From an uncultured Candidatus Peribacteria bacterium (lineage in GTDB: Bacteria; Patescibacteriota; Gracilibacteria; CAIRYL01): DNA of 64,000 bases. The translations under genes and the position numbers were made by a program. The notes beneath the pieces were generated by a model. It saw only the letters and a list, made by a program, of their open reading frames with translations. It did no database searches and had not been told where the DNA came from. Below are positions 29,227-36,977 of the stretch, piece by piece. Numbering within the stretch: position 1 is the first letter of the stretch; each line of letters opens with the position of its first letter. The DNA lies in the NCBI GenBank assembly GCA_964532505.1, contig CAZHIF010000003.1, forward strand, positions 21,237-85,236. The letters run 5' to 3'.

Positions 29227-29294
29227 TTTCTATTGTTTTATTTTTTTTTAAAGAAAAAAAATTTCAGACCATTATAGCATGCTTTTCTTATCTA

Positions 29295-29323
29295 TTGCAA
29301 TATTTCTTTATTTTTGATAACAT
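29295..29323 (+). promoter_or_regulatory. candidate sigma70-type promoter for the small exported-protein/pilin-like cassette
   Basis: TTGCAA (29295-29300), a 17-nt spacer, then TAACAT (29318-29323), about 30 nt upstream of the ATG at 29354. It lies inside the 127-bp AT-rich divergent intergenic region. Confidence 0.3.
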
Positions 29324-29353
29324 AAACAGAAAAATAATTTTTTTTAAATATAT

Positions 29354-29857
29354 ATGAATATCAAACTTCATGACTTTCGAATATTAGGATTCATTTTGGC
29401 ATTTGGAAGTGTCCTTGGGCTTTCGCTTTTCGCCTTTCCGTCGTTTCAAAAAGCAGATTTTTCCGATGCCTCATCGCACACAAGCTTTATTTCTAGTGCC
29501 GAAACAATTCGAAAAAAAGTAGTCCCATTTTCCTCAGAAAATTCTATCACTCTCACACTTCCAGCAACGCCCAAAGAAATCTCAATCCTTCCTAAAGGAA
29601 TCATTTTTAATACTTCTTCTGAAGAAATTTTGAGAATGGAGAATTTTCCAGCCTTTGGGCTGGAAGTACTTTCAACCATGGAAAACACTCGAGCCGCAGC
29701 AAAAGAAGCTATAAAAGGTGTTATTTTAGAGCAAAATTCTAGCGGAGAAGTGTCTGGGCGTATTTTGTTTGAGAAAGCACCTCCTTGGTATACTGAATAT
29801 GTGATGCATTGGAATAATAAAAAAACTATCCCCCTCGAAATCGTCCCAGCTAAATAG
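29354..29857 (+). CDS. small exported or signal-anchored hypothetical protein (167 aa)
   Basis: N-terminal hydrophobic segment ILGFILAFGSVLGLSLFAF, then a hydrophilic domain. It is the first gene of the cassette divergent from the ORFan operon. Confidence 0.6.
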   Translation: MNIKLHDFRILGFILAFGSVLGLSLFAFPSFQKADFSDASSHTSFISSAETIRKKVVPFSSENSITLTLPATPKEISILPKGIIFNTSSEEILRMENFPAFGLEVLSTMENTRAAAKEAIKGVILEQNSSGEVSGRILFEKAPPWYTEYVMHWNNKKTIPLEIVPAK

Positions 29858-29866
29858 TAGAAGTAT

Positions 29867-30262
29867 ATGCGCTTTCTTTTTTCTTTTCTATTGGCATTCG
29901 GATTAGGATTCGGAGCATTCGCCGAAAACACCCAAAATTCGGCAACCGCACCTGTCGACGTGATCTACCATGAAAGCATTCATCAAGTCGATGTAAATGA
30001 TTTTGGGAACCTTTCACCCATCACCAGTGTGGGTGAGGTGATGCAAAAACTCTTGAATATCATGATGACGCTTTTGGGAAGCCTTGCTCTTTTGGGAATG
30101 ATTGTGGGTGGAGTGATGATGATGGGAGAAGGAATCAACGACGGACAAGCCAAAAAAGGAAAACAAATCGTACTCTATTCTGCCATTGGAGTTGTCGTTG
30201 CTATTTCGTCTTTGATCATCGTTACCCTCGCACAAACCATATTTTATTATTTTGGAACATGA
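29867..30262 (+). CDS. VirB2/TrbC-like (T4SS pilin-like) small membrane protein
   Basis: Signal peptide MRFLFSFLLAFGLGFGAFA, then two TM helices (LLNIMMTLLGSLALLGMIVGGVMMM and IVLYSAIGVVVAISSLIIVTLA). They are separated by a short charged loop, GEGINDGQAKKGKQ. Confidence 0.6.
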   Translation: MRFLFSFLLAFGLGFGAFAENTQNSATAPVDVIYHESIHQVDVNDFGNLSPITSVGEVMQKLLNIMMTLLGSLALLGMIVGGVMMMGEGINDGQAKKGKQIVLYSAIGVVVAISSLIIVTLAQTIFYYFGT

Positions 30263-30729
30263 CAAGATTTTTCTCGCTTTTGTTGATACTTATTTTCTTG
30301 GGAGTAAATCTTTTGGTCAGCACCTCTTCTTTGGCAGATTGCACAACAAATCCAAATGGAGCAGGATGTTCTGCCACGGTAAATAATGGACTCAATCAAA
30401 CCAATGGAACTATTATTCTCCGAGAACCTCTTTTGCCAGGGAAAAACATAATTGATGTTTCGGCAAGCCAAGGAACGTTGGGCATTGTTTCGCAATATAT
30501 CAAAATGGTGTATCAATATATGCTAGCAGCAGGGAGCCTGATTGGCATTATTTCTTTAATGTTTGCAGGAGTGCAAATGATGGTGTCGGCAGGTGATTCG
30601 AAAGCCATGGGGGAAGCGAAAAAAATCATCACTACCACCTTTCAAGCTCTAGCAATTTTATATCTTTCCGGACTCATCTTGTATGTAATCAACCCAACGT
30701 TTTTTACCTTTGGAGGAGGAAGTAGCTAA
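30259..30729 (+). CDS. VirB2/TrbC-like (T4SS pilin-like) small membrane protein, paralog
   Basis: ATGA start/stop overlap with the previous gene. Signal peptide ...LLVSTSSLA, then two TM helices (LAAGSLIGIISLMFAGVQMMV and TFQALAILYLSGLILYVI) flanking the loop SAGDSKAMGEAKK. Confidence 0.6.
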   Translation: MTRFFSLLLILIFLGVNLLVSTSSLADCTTNPNGAGCSATVNNGLNQTNGTIILREPLLPGKNIIDVSASQGTLGIVSQYIKMVYQYMLAAGSLIGIISLMFAGVQMMVSAGDSKAMGEAKKIITTTFQALAILYLSGLILYVINPTFFTFGGGSS

Positions 30730-31985
30730 TCGCTCACACCTTGTGCCACTTCCGAAGGCGGAATGGCCGCATCCGCTCCTTTGATTGTCCAAACCCCTCT
30801 GGCCTGATAGGGAGAAAAGAATTTATCAGTATAGAGTTCCTTCTTCTGCTCCAGCACATCTCGATAGAAATATGCATCAAACCCCACCACTTCATGCGAC
30901 ACTACTTGTGTTTGCCCTGGCGCGAGGTCTTCTGAAATAGTGGTTTTGGGAGCTGGCGGATTTCTATAGTTTTTAATAATCGGTCCAAAAATATACACAT
31001 CTCTATCAGGCGCTGTTCCATAATAATGAAAAAACAATTCTTGATTTCCACGCCCCCCTCTTCTGGTTTGCATCAAAAGCGCATTTCCTGTTGTATTTTT
31101 AAATTTAAAATCTTTAGATCCTACATAAATGGTAGCATCACTTCCTGGTGGATCGTAATACCTTACCGAATAAGAATGATTAAACCTCTCCACTATTTCC
31201 ACACCTGCTAGCATAGCCCCTCTGTAGGCGGTGGAAGAAACCTGACATAACCCTCCACCATAGTCTGGAACTACTTTTTGCCCCAAAATAACAAGTTCTT
31301 TCACATACCCAGCTGCTGCGTTCACCGCCCCAAGCCTATCAGTAAACGAAAACACTGCATCTTTAGGGATAATATATCCATTAAATTTATTCGCCCCTGT
31401 CATCACATTATGCACACGGCCTCCCGACGACCCAGAAAAATCTGATCGCCCTACAGCCACCAACTCTTTAATTCCCATCTGCTTCAATTCTTCATCATCC
31501 ACGGTAACCGTTGGAGCAATGATATCCACTTCCAAATTCACAAACCCAATATTTTCCTGAATAGCAGCAGCAATCAGTTTTGCAGAATTAGCAATTTGCA
31601 AAGTTACCCCATTCTGAGCATATCCTTCAAATTGGATATTCTTTTTCTTATCTCGAAAAATCCGCACATCTTTTTTTTCTTGATTAATCTGCGGAGCAAT
31701 AACTTTTGAAAGATATGCTTCAATGGCAGGCAAATCTACACTACTTGAAGAAATGGCCTGAGGAGAAACGTCTTGTGGGGCGTCTTCGGCAATGCAAAAA
31801 GGATCATTTGCTATCGATTTGACGATAGTCGTGCTTTTTAAAAACTTTTCAGGATTGGAAAGAATAAAATGCTGATATTCATACTTTAAGCGAATTTCTT
31901 TTGGTACTTCAGCAAAAACAGGGGCTGATGCCACTATTCCAAAAATTGAAAAAAACAAGAAAAAAGAAAGACGGAATGTTTGCAC
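30726..31985 (-). CDS. VanW family protein (exported)
   Basis: Signal peptide MQTFRLSFFLFFSIFGIVASAPVFA. VanW core: GYVKELVILGQKVVPDYGGGLCQVSSTAYRGAMLAGVEIVERFNHSYSVRYY. Confidence 0.85.
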   Translation of the reverse strand: MQTFRLSFFLFFSIFGIVASAPVFAEVPKEIRLKYEYQHFILSNPEKFLKSTTIVKSIANDPFCIAEDAPQDVSPQAISSSSVDLPAIEAYLSKVIAPQINQEKKDVRIFRDKKKNIQFEGYAQNGVTLQIANSAKLIAAAIQENIGFVNLEVDIIAPTVTVDDEELKQMGIKELVAVGRSDFSGSSGGRVHNVMTGANKFNGYIIPKDAVFSFTDRLGAVNAAAGYVKELVILGQKVVPDYGGGLCQVSSTAYRGAMLAGVEIVERFNHSYSVRYYDPPGSDATIYVGSKDFKFKNTTGNALLMQTRRGGRGNQELFFHYYGTAPDRDVYIFGPIIKNYRNPPAPKTTISEDLAPGQTQVVSHEVVGFDAYFYRDVLEQKKELYTDKFFSPYQARGVWTIKGADAAIPPSEVAQGVSD

Positions 31986-32276
31986 AATCTAATAGCAAAA
32001 AAGACTTTTTTAGTATCGCAAAAAATTATTAAAAGTGAAAAACAAATACATTGAAAAACGTATTGTAAAAAATAAAAAAAGCAATAAAGTAATGAATCAT
32101 ATATATAAAATTAAAAAATATGCGATCAGTAAGCAATAAAAAGTGTTTTTTATTTTTCACTTGCCAAAAGCACAAAAAGTATGCAAAAATCCATAAGCAC
32201 TGTTTTTTCGACAAGGCTCAGTATTTTGCGTTGCCTTCTCGTAAAAAGACGTTTTGTCCTTTTATCCACAAAAAAC

Positions 32277-32696
32277 ATGACAGCGCATTATGAAACCATG
32301 CTGATTTTTGCACCAGAACTAGCAGAAACAGCTGTTAAAAAAGAAGTTGAACTTCTCAAAAAGCGAATCACTTCTGAAGAAGGTTCATCTATTACCTTTG
32401 AAGATCTTTGGGGAAAGCGAACTTTGGCATACCCTATTCGAAAAAAAGATTCTGGATACTATGTAGTTATTCGATATTTGTTCCCAACAGCTCAAATGCG
32501 AACGCTTGATGAAGAACTTCGAATTGATCTTAAGATCCTTCGACATTTCACCGTAAAACTGGAAGGAAACGAACCAGAGCTAACCTATGCAGAAATCTTG
32601 AAAGAACAAGAAGAATTCGTGGCAGAAAAAATCGCAGGAAAGCGAAAAGTAAGCAAGATTTCTACTCGAAAAGAATCGCTCGACGTTTCTAAATAA
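32277..32696 (+). CDS. rpsF: 30S ribosomal protein S6
   Basis: MTAHYETMLIFAPEL...WGKRTLAYPIRKKDSGYYV. The internal ATG at 32277 is chosen over the track start. Confidence 0.9.
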   Translation: MTAHYETMLIFAPELAETAVKKEVELLKKRITSEEGSSITFEDLWGKRTLAYPIRKKDSGYYVVIRYLFPTAQMRTLDEELRIDLKILRHFTVKLEGNEPELTYAEILKEQEEFVAEKIAGKRKVSKISTRKESLDVSK

Positions 32697-32720
32697 TTGT
32701 CCCTTTTACGAATTAATTAT

Positions 32721-32948
32721 ATGGCTATGCAACCAACCAAAACCAGGCAAAAGAAAGATCTTTTTGTCTCCCGAGGGATCACGCATATCGACTACAAAAA
32801 CTTTCCTCTTTTGAAAAAGGTAGGGGTATCGTTTTTTGCAAAGATCAAGCCTCGAAAATATACAGGAGTGCAGCTTGGAAATCAGAAAAAAATGGCAGTA
32901 GCCATCAAGCGAGCTCGATTTATGGCACTTCTCCCTTTTGTTAAATAA
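32721..32948 (+). CDS. rpsR: 30S ribosomal protein S18
   Basis: ITHIDYKNFPLLKK...KYTGVQLGNQKKMAVAIKRARFMALLPF. ATG at 32721. Confidence 0.9.
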   Translation: MAMQPTKTRQKKDLFVSRGITHIDYKNFPLLKKVGVSFFAKIKPRKYTGVQLGNQKKMAVAIKRARFMALLPFVK

Positions 32949-32993
32949 TCTCTCAATGTTCCCACTTGGGGAACAATCTTTAATATTTTTTCT

Positions 32994-33215
32994 ATGGCAC
33001 AATCAGGAATCCACCCAATGTACACCACCACCACGTTTATCTGTGGATGTGGAGCGATTCATTCAATCCCTTCTACGCTAGGGGAAACGTATAACATTGA
33101 GCTTTGTTCGGAATGTCACCCGTTTTACACTGGTAAAATTCGACAAGTAGATAGCGCTGGTCGAATTGATCGGTTTAAAGCAAAAGAAGCGGCAGCGACA
33201 GCAAAGAAGAAGTAA
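32994..33215 (+). CDS. rpmE: 50S ribosomal protein L31
   Basis: [16 protein letters not shown]...[25 protein letters not shown]. Confidence 0.9.
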   Translation: MAQSGIHPMYTTTTFICGCGAIHSIPSTLGETYNIELCSECHPFYTGKIRQVDSAGRIDRFKAKEAAATAKKK

Positions 33216-33222
33216 TTTTGGG

Positions 33223-33256
33223 GGAGAGGATTTTTTCCTCTCCAACTCTTTTTTAA
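33223..33256 (+). terminator. rho-independent terminator after rpmE
   Basis: Perfect 8-bp stem GGAGAGGA (33223-33230) / TCCTCTCC (33236-33243) with a TTTTT loop, followed by aactcTTTTTT. Confidence 0.6.
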
Positions 33257-33313
33257 TTGATACTTCTTCGTTGTGAATTATTAGATATGAGCTGTTAAGT
33301 ATTCATTGTTTTT

Positions 33314-33388
33314 GGGTTGGTAGCTCAGCGGTAGAGCAGAAGACTCTTAATCTTTTGGTCGCGGGTTCAAATCCCGCCCGACCCACCA
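33314..33388 (+). tRNA. tRNA-Lys (anticodon CTT), CCA encoded
   Basis: Hand-folded cloverleaf. Acceptor GGGTTGG/CCGACCC, D-arm GCTCAGCGGTAGAGC, anticodon loop CTCTTAA, T-arm GCGGG-TTCAAAT-CCCGC, discriminator A plus CCA. Confidence 0.95.
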
Positions 33389-33407
33389 GAAATGACATTT
33401 CTAAAAA

Positions 33408-33437
33408 ATCCATAGCTTTCTGGGCTGTGGATTTTTT
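33408..33437. terminator. hairpin terminator after tRNA-Lys (possibly bidirectional; A-run upstream, T-run downstream)
   Basis: ATCCATAGC (33408-33416) pairs with GCTGTGGAT (33424-33432), including one G.U pair. It is flanked by AAAAAA and TTTTT and lies between tRNA-Lys (+) and the convergent VanW gene (-). Confidence 0.55.
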
Positions 33438-33482
33438 GCGCCTAAAAAACAAGCGAAGACCATCTCTCCAAAGCTTGTCTTA

Positions 33483-34385
33483 TTATATTTTTAGCATCAA
33501 AGTTCCATTCTGCTCAAACTCATCTTTGTTGATTGCATACATCACCGGAGCAAAATTTTCAAAAACCTGAACAGAATTGATTTCTTTTCCTTGTTTTTTT
33601 TCTGTTTGCCAAATCTGATTATATCGAAACCAATTTTCGTTGTGCTCTACAAAACAATGCTCTTTTTCTTCCACATGCCATTTGCTGGGCAAGTGTTGTG
33701 GAGATAAAATTCTTCCCTTGAGATATTTTTCTTCCACCCAAATGTTGAGCTGCAATGGGACCGAAAGTGTATTTTTGATCTGCAAATCTAAGAAATTATA
33801 TATCACCGTAGCACCACTCCCAAAAGGAATCACTCGTCCAGAATCTGGAAACACGTCAAGCGAATGATGATAGCGCTCCACGATTTCAACGGGTAAGTGT
33901 AAAAACATCCAGCAGAGCAGATTTGCCATTTGGCAAAGTCCTCCGCCCGCACCTTCCACCACTTTCCCTCCAGAAAGCAACATTCCATCCACAAATCCAT
34001 TAGAATAGGTGGGCGGACCAACTGATTCCCAAAAAGAAAAAATTTCTCCAGGATGAATAACGAGTCGATTGAGTTTTTCCGCTGCCTTTTGGAGATTGAT
34101 CACCTTTTGCTCTTGCAGCCGAGGATTAGAATCTCCCAAACGCCGACGCAAAACCGATTGATGGCGAACCAAAATGCTCGAAAACATTTCCTGTTGTTTT
34201 CTTTTGGAAATTGGTTTTTGTAGGTTTTTGAGGCTACGCCAGTGTTTTTTAATCGCCAAGATTGGTTTTTTCAAAAACGGATATTTTTTGGAAAGAGCTG
34301 TTCTTTTGGGAGAAAGGTGATGATGGAGAAGGTGGGTGATGCGAAATTTAAGGTCGAAAGAAGGCATAAAAAAACTGAATAACAA
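33483..34385 (-). CDS. VanW family protein (second copy, no obvious signal peptide)
   Basis: VanW core: GKVVEGAGGGLCQMANLLCWMFLHLPVEIVERYHHSLDVFPDSG. Confidence 0.8.
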   Translation of the reverse strand: MLFSFFMPSFDLKFRITHLLHHHLSPKRTALSKKYPFLKKPILAIKKHWRSLKNLQKPISKRKQQEMFSSILVRHQSVLRRRLGDSNPRLQEQKVINLQKAAEKLNRLVIHPGEIFSFWESVGPPTYSNGFVDGMLLSGGKVVEGAGGGLCQMANLLCWMFLHLPVEIVERYHHSLDVFPDSGRVIPFGSGATVIYNFLDLQIKNTLSVPLQLNIWVEEKYLKGRILSPQHLPSKWHVEEKEHCFVEHNENWFRYNQIWQTEKKQGKEINSVQVFENFAPVMYAINKDEFEQNGTLMLKI

Positions 34386-34693
34386 ATAAGCAAATATCTA
34401 ACCGCGAAGGAATATATATTAGGAGCGTTTTTCTTAATGAAAATCCCCTCTATAAGATTTTATACCTCGCCACTGAAAATACAGTGAAAAAATGGACTAT
34501 ACAAATTCAAAACTGCTCAGAGATAATTTCTCAGTTCCATGTCCATTTCCATTTCCAAGACAGAATCCCTTCTACCCTCTGATTTTTTCACCTTTTAGAC
34601 CCAGATTATTTGAAAGTCCCAAGTGCTCACTGAAAAACGGTTGCCTCTCGATCGTATCCAATAATATACTATAGATACTTTTATTCTTTTCGT

Positions 34694-35407
34694 ATGTCTT
34701 TAATAATCAAAAGCAGTATTGCATTGTTTGCTCTTTCTTTATTTGCAGGATGTAGTTTAGATCCTACGAAAACTACAGAAACGAGCGCTCTTCCTGATCT
34801 CACCAGTTTATACGCTCAAGTGTGTGAAGTAAAAGAAGGTCCTTGCAGCCCTATGATGTGTAGCATGCAGGCTTCGGGTGCATATCAATGTGCAGAAAAC
34901 ATTGCACAAATAGGTCAAAACTGCGCTCCTGCAAAAACCATGGACGATGTTATTACTTCATATCAAATTTGCGGAAAAGAAAATGGTGCGGCTTTGAGTA
35001 TTTTTTCATACGCTCAAACATTAGAAAATCTTCATGCCGACATGTCTCCTGCTCAACTTGAACAAAAGATTAAAGAAGAAACCGCCGCGGTGGAGAATGG
35101 CGGAACTTCGAGTTTTCTTTCTACTATGCTGGCAACTGCTGGAGGAATGATGCTCGGAGGGCTGATTTCGAATGCGTTGTTTGGACAGAGAAATGCGATG
35201 CCTCCAATGCGTCCTGCATCTGCCTACGAACAGCCTCTTACAAAGTCTTCACTCGATGCTGCCAAGGCGGATACGAAAGCAAATACTGCCAAGATCCAAA
35301 ATGCTGTAAAACAAGCTAGGTCAAAGGCTTCATCTTCAGGAAACACTACAAAAAAAAATAATACCTCAGGAAACAAGACCCAGAAAAGTGTAAAAAAAAG
35401 AAAATAA
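34694..35407 (+). CDS. lipoprotein, hypothetical (Cys-rich N-domain, glycine-zipper segment, Lys-rich tail)
   Basis: Lipobox LSLFAGC. Eight further Cys in the next ~75 mature residues after the lipobox Cys. A GGMMLGGLISNALFG hydrophobic stretch and a basic C-terminus. Confidence 0.6.
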   Translation: MSLIIKSSIALFALSLFAGCSLDPTKTTETSALPDLTSLYAQVCEVKEGPCSPMMCSMQASGAYQCAENIAQIGQNCAPAKTMDDVITSYQICGKENGAALSIFSYAQTLENLHADMSPAQLEQKIKEETAAVENGGTSSFLSTMLATAGGMMLGGLISNALFGQRNAMPPMRPASAYEQPLTKSSLDAAKADTKANTAKIQNAVKQARSKASSSGNTTKKNNTSGNKTQKSVKKRK

Positions 35408-35434
35408 TAAGCGCACAATGGTGAAAGAGGTAAT

Positions 35435-36961
35435 CTACTTCCCTTTTCCCATCACTCCAATAAATTTCCCCGTTGCATTCCAAATTCTTCTTGCTCGTTC
35501 TGGTTGTTTAAAAAGTCGATATACCCATTCTAGTCCAAATGTTCGGAGCCATTTTGGTGCCCGAGTTTGGTGTCCTGAAAGAAAATCAAAACTTCCACCA
35601 ACACCCATGGCAAAAGAAATCTTTGGCAACTGAGCAATGGTTTCATGAATAATTTTCTCTTGTTTTGGTGCTCCTAATGCTACAAATAATACATTTGCAT
35701 GCGAGTCGTTTATTTTTTTCAAAATATTCGGCAATGTTTTTTCGTTCACAAATCCATCTTCATATCCCACCACATGATCATATTTCTGCTGCAAAAAAAC
35801 AGCGCTCCCTTCCGTTCCTCCAAGCAAGAACACTCGTCCCACTTTTTTTTCTAAAAATTCTCGAAATATATCACTTCCGCAAATAGGATGTGAAAGCATT
35901 TTGGGATACGATTTTCTGGCGAAAAAATAATGCATCAATGACCATCCTATTTGCCCCCATTTCCAAACAATTCCTTTTAGAGGAATATTTTTGAGTCCTG
36001 ATGCCCACAAAATCCCGTTTCCATCCGCCAAAGAAAGATCTGCATTTTGCAGTATTGTTCTAAAATATTCATTTGTCTGCACCTCCACCACCATTTCTGG
36101 GTTTGGTGTGTAGACTTTTTTTTGCAGACCCTCTTTTTGTGCCCAGTTTTCCAGCATGTTCATGACTTCGTTAAACGATGTCTTATCAAAAGGGATTCCT
36201 GTAATCCAAAATCGTTTTTTGACAGGAATTGTTTTTTTTGCCTTCACACAAATATTTTTTGCATCATCTGAAAAAAATAGGAGTGGGTCCATAAACCCAG
36301 TTTGTTCCAGTAAGTCACGCAGTTCTTCGGGGTCAAATCCATAATAATATCGTGGAATTTTTTGCGCTCCAAACGGAATCATTCCGTCGTGTGTTGTCCA
36401 AAGAGGATTCCAGCTGGTACGTATTTGTGCTTCTTTTACGATGTTCGCATATTTTTCTTGATTTCTCCAATTCCAAACGGTGATTACCAATTCTCCATTT
36501 TCTGTAAGCGCACGGTGGCAATTTTCGAGTGCTGTTTTGCGCTCTGCAATGCTGGAAAGATGGTGAAAGCTTGCAATCATCGCAATAGCATCGTAGGCAT
36601 TTTCTTCGTCTATTTCCAAAACGCTTTTTTTGCAAAACGAAGCATTCGGAGTTTCTTGATACGTTTTTTTTGCGATATCCAAAAGATTTTCTGAAATATC
36701 AATTCCTGTGTATTTTTCAATCTGCTTTTGCTCCAAAAGATATGCAAAAAGTCTCCCATTCCCACATCCCACATCCAGCACTTTTGCGTTTTCTGGAAGA
36801 TTTTCAAACAGTGGCTCAAACTCTTTCCATGCAAAATGCCGAGTGTTGGAAAAATCTTCAGCGATAGTGTTGTATGAATTTTTCAGGGCAGAGGCAGCGG
36901 AGGAAGGAGAAAAAAACATAAAAATTAAAAATTTAAAATGCAGAACTGATAAAAATTGCAA
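35435..36961 (-). CDS. fusion protein: class I SAM-dependent methyltransferase (N) plus WecG/TagA/CpsF-family glycosyltransferase (C)
   Basis: The N-terminal part has VLDVGCGNGRLFAYL (SAM motif I). The C-terminal part has GIPFD...YTPNPEMVV...ADGNGILWA...LLGG...VALGAPKQE...GVGGSFDFLSG...RAP.W....GLEWVYRL, typical of the WecG/TagA family. Confidence 0.8.
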   Translation of the reverse strand: MQFLSVLHFKFLIFMFFSPSSAASALKNSYNTIAEDFSNTRHFAWKEFEPLFENLPENAKVLDVGCGNGRLFAYLLEQKQIEKYTGIDISENLLDIAKKTYQETPNASFCKKSVLEIDEENAYDAIAMIASFHHLSSIAERKTALENCHRALTENGELVITVWNWRNQEKYANIVKEAQIRTSWNPLWTTHDGMIPFGAQKIPRYYYGFDPEELRDLLEQTGFMDPLLFFSDDAKNICVKAKKTIPVKKRFWITGIPFDKTSFNEVMNMLENWAQKEGLQKKVYTPNPEMVVEVQTNEYFRTILQNADLSLADGNGILWASGLKNIPLKGIVWKWGQIGWSLMHYFFARKSYPKMLSHPICGSDIFREFLEKKVGRVFLLGGTEGSAVFLQQKYDHVVGYEDGFVNEKTLPNILKKINDSHANVLFVALGAPKQEKIIHETIAQLPKISFAMGVGGSFDFLSGHQTRAPKWLRTFGLEWVYRLFKQPERARRIWNATGKFIGVMGKGK

Positions 36962-36977
36962 AAAGCCTACTACTTCC

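Noticed and set aside
33355-33570. ORF 33355-33570 (+), plus ORFs 58498-58753 (-) and 58622-58981 (+).
   Set aside because: They overlap tRNA-Lys and tRNA-Leu respectively, or their terminators. The tRNA folds are far better supported.
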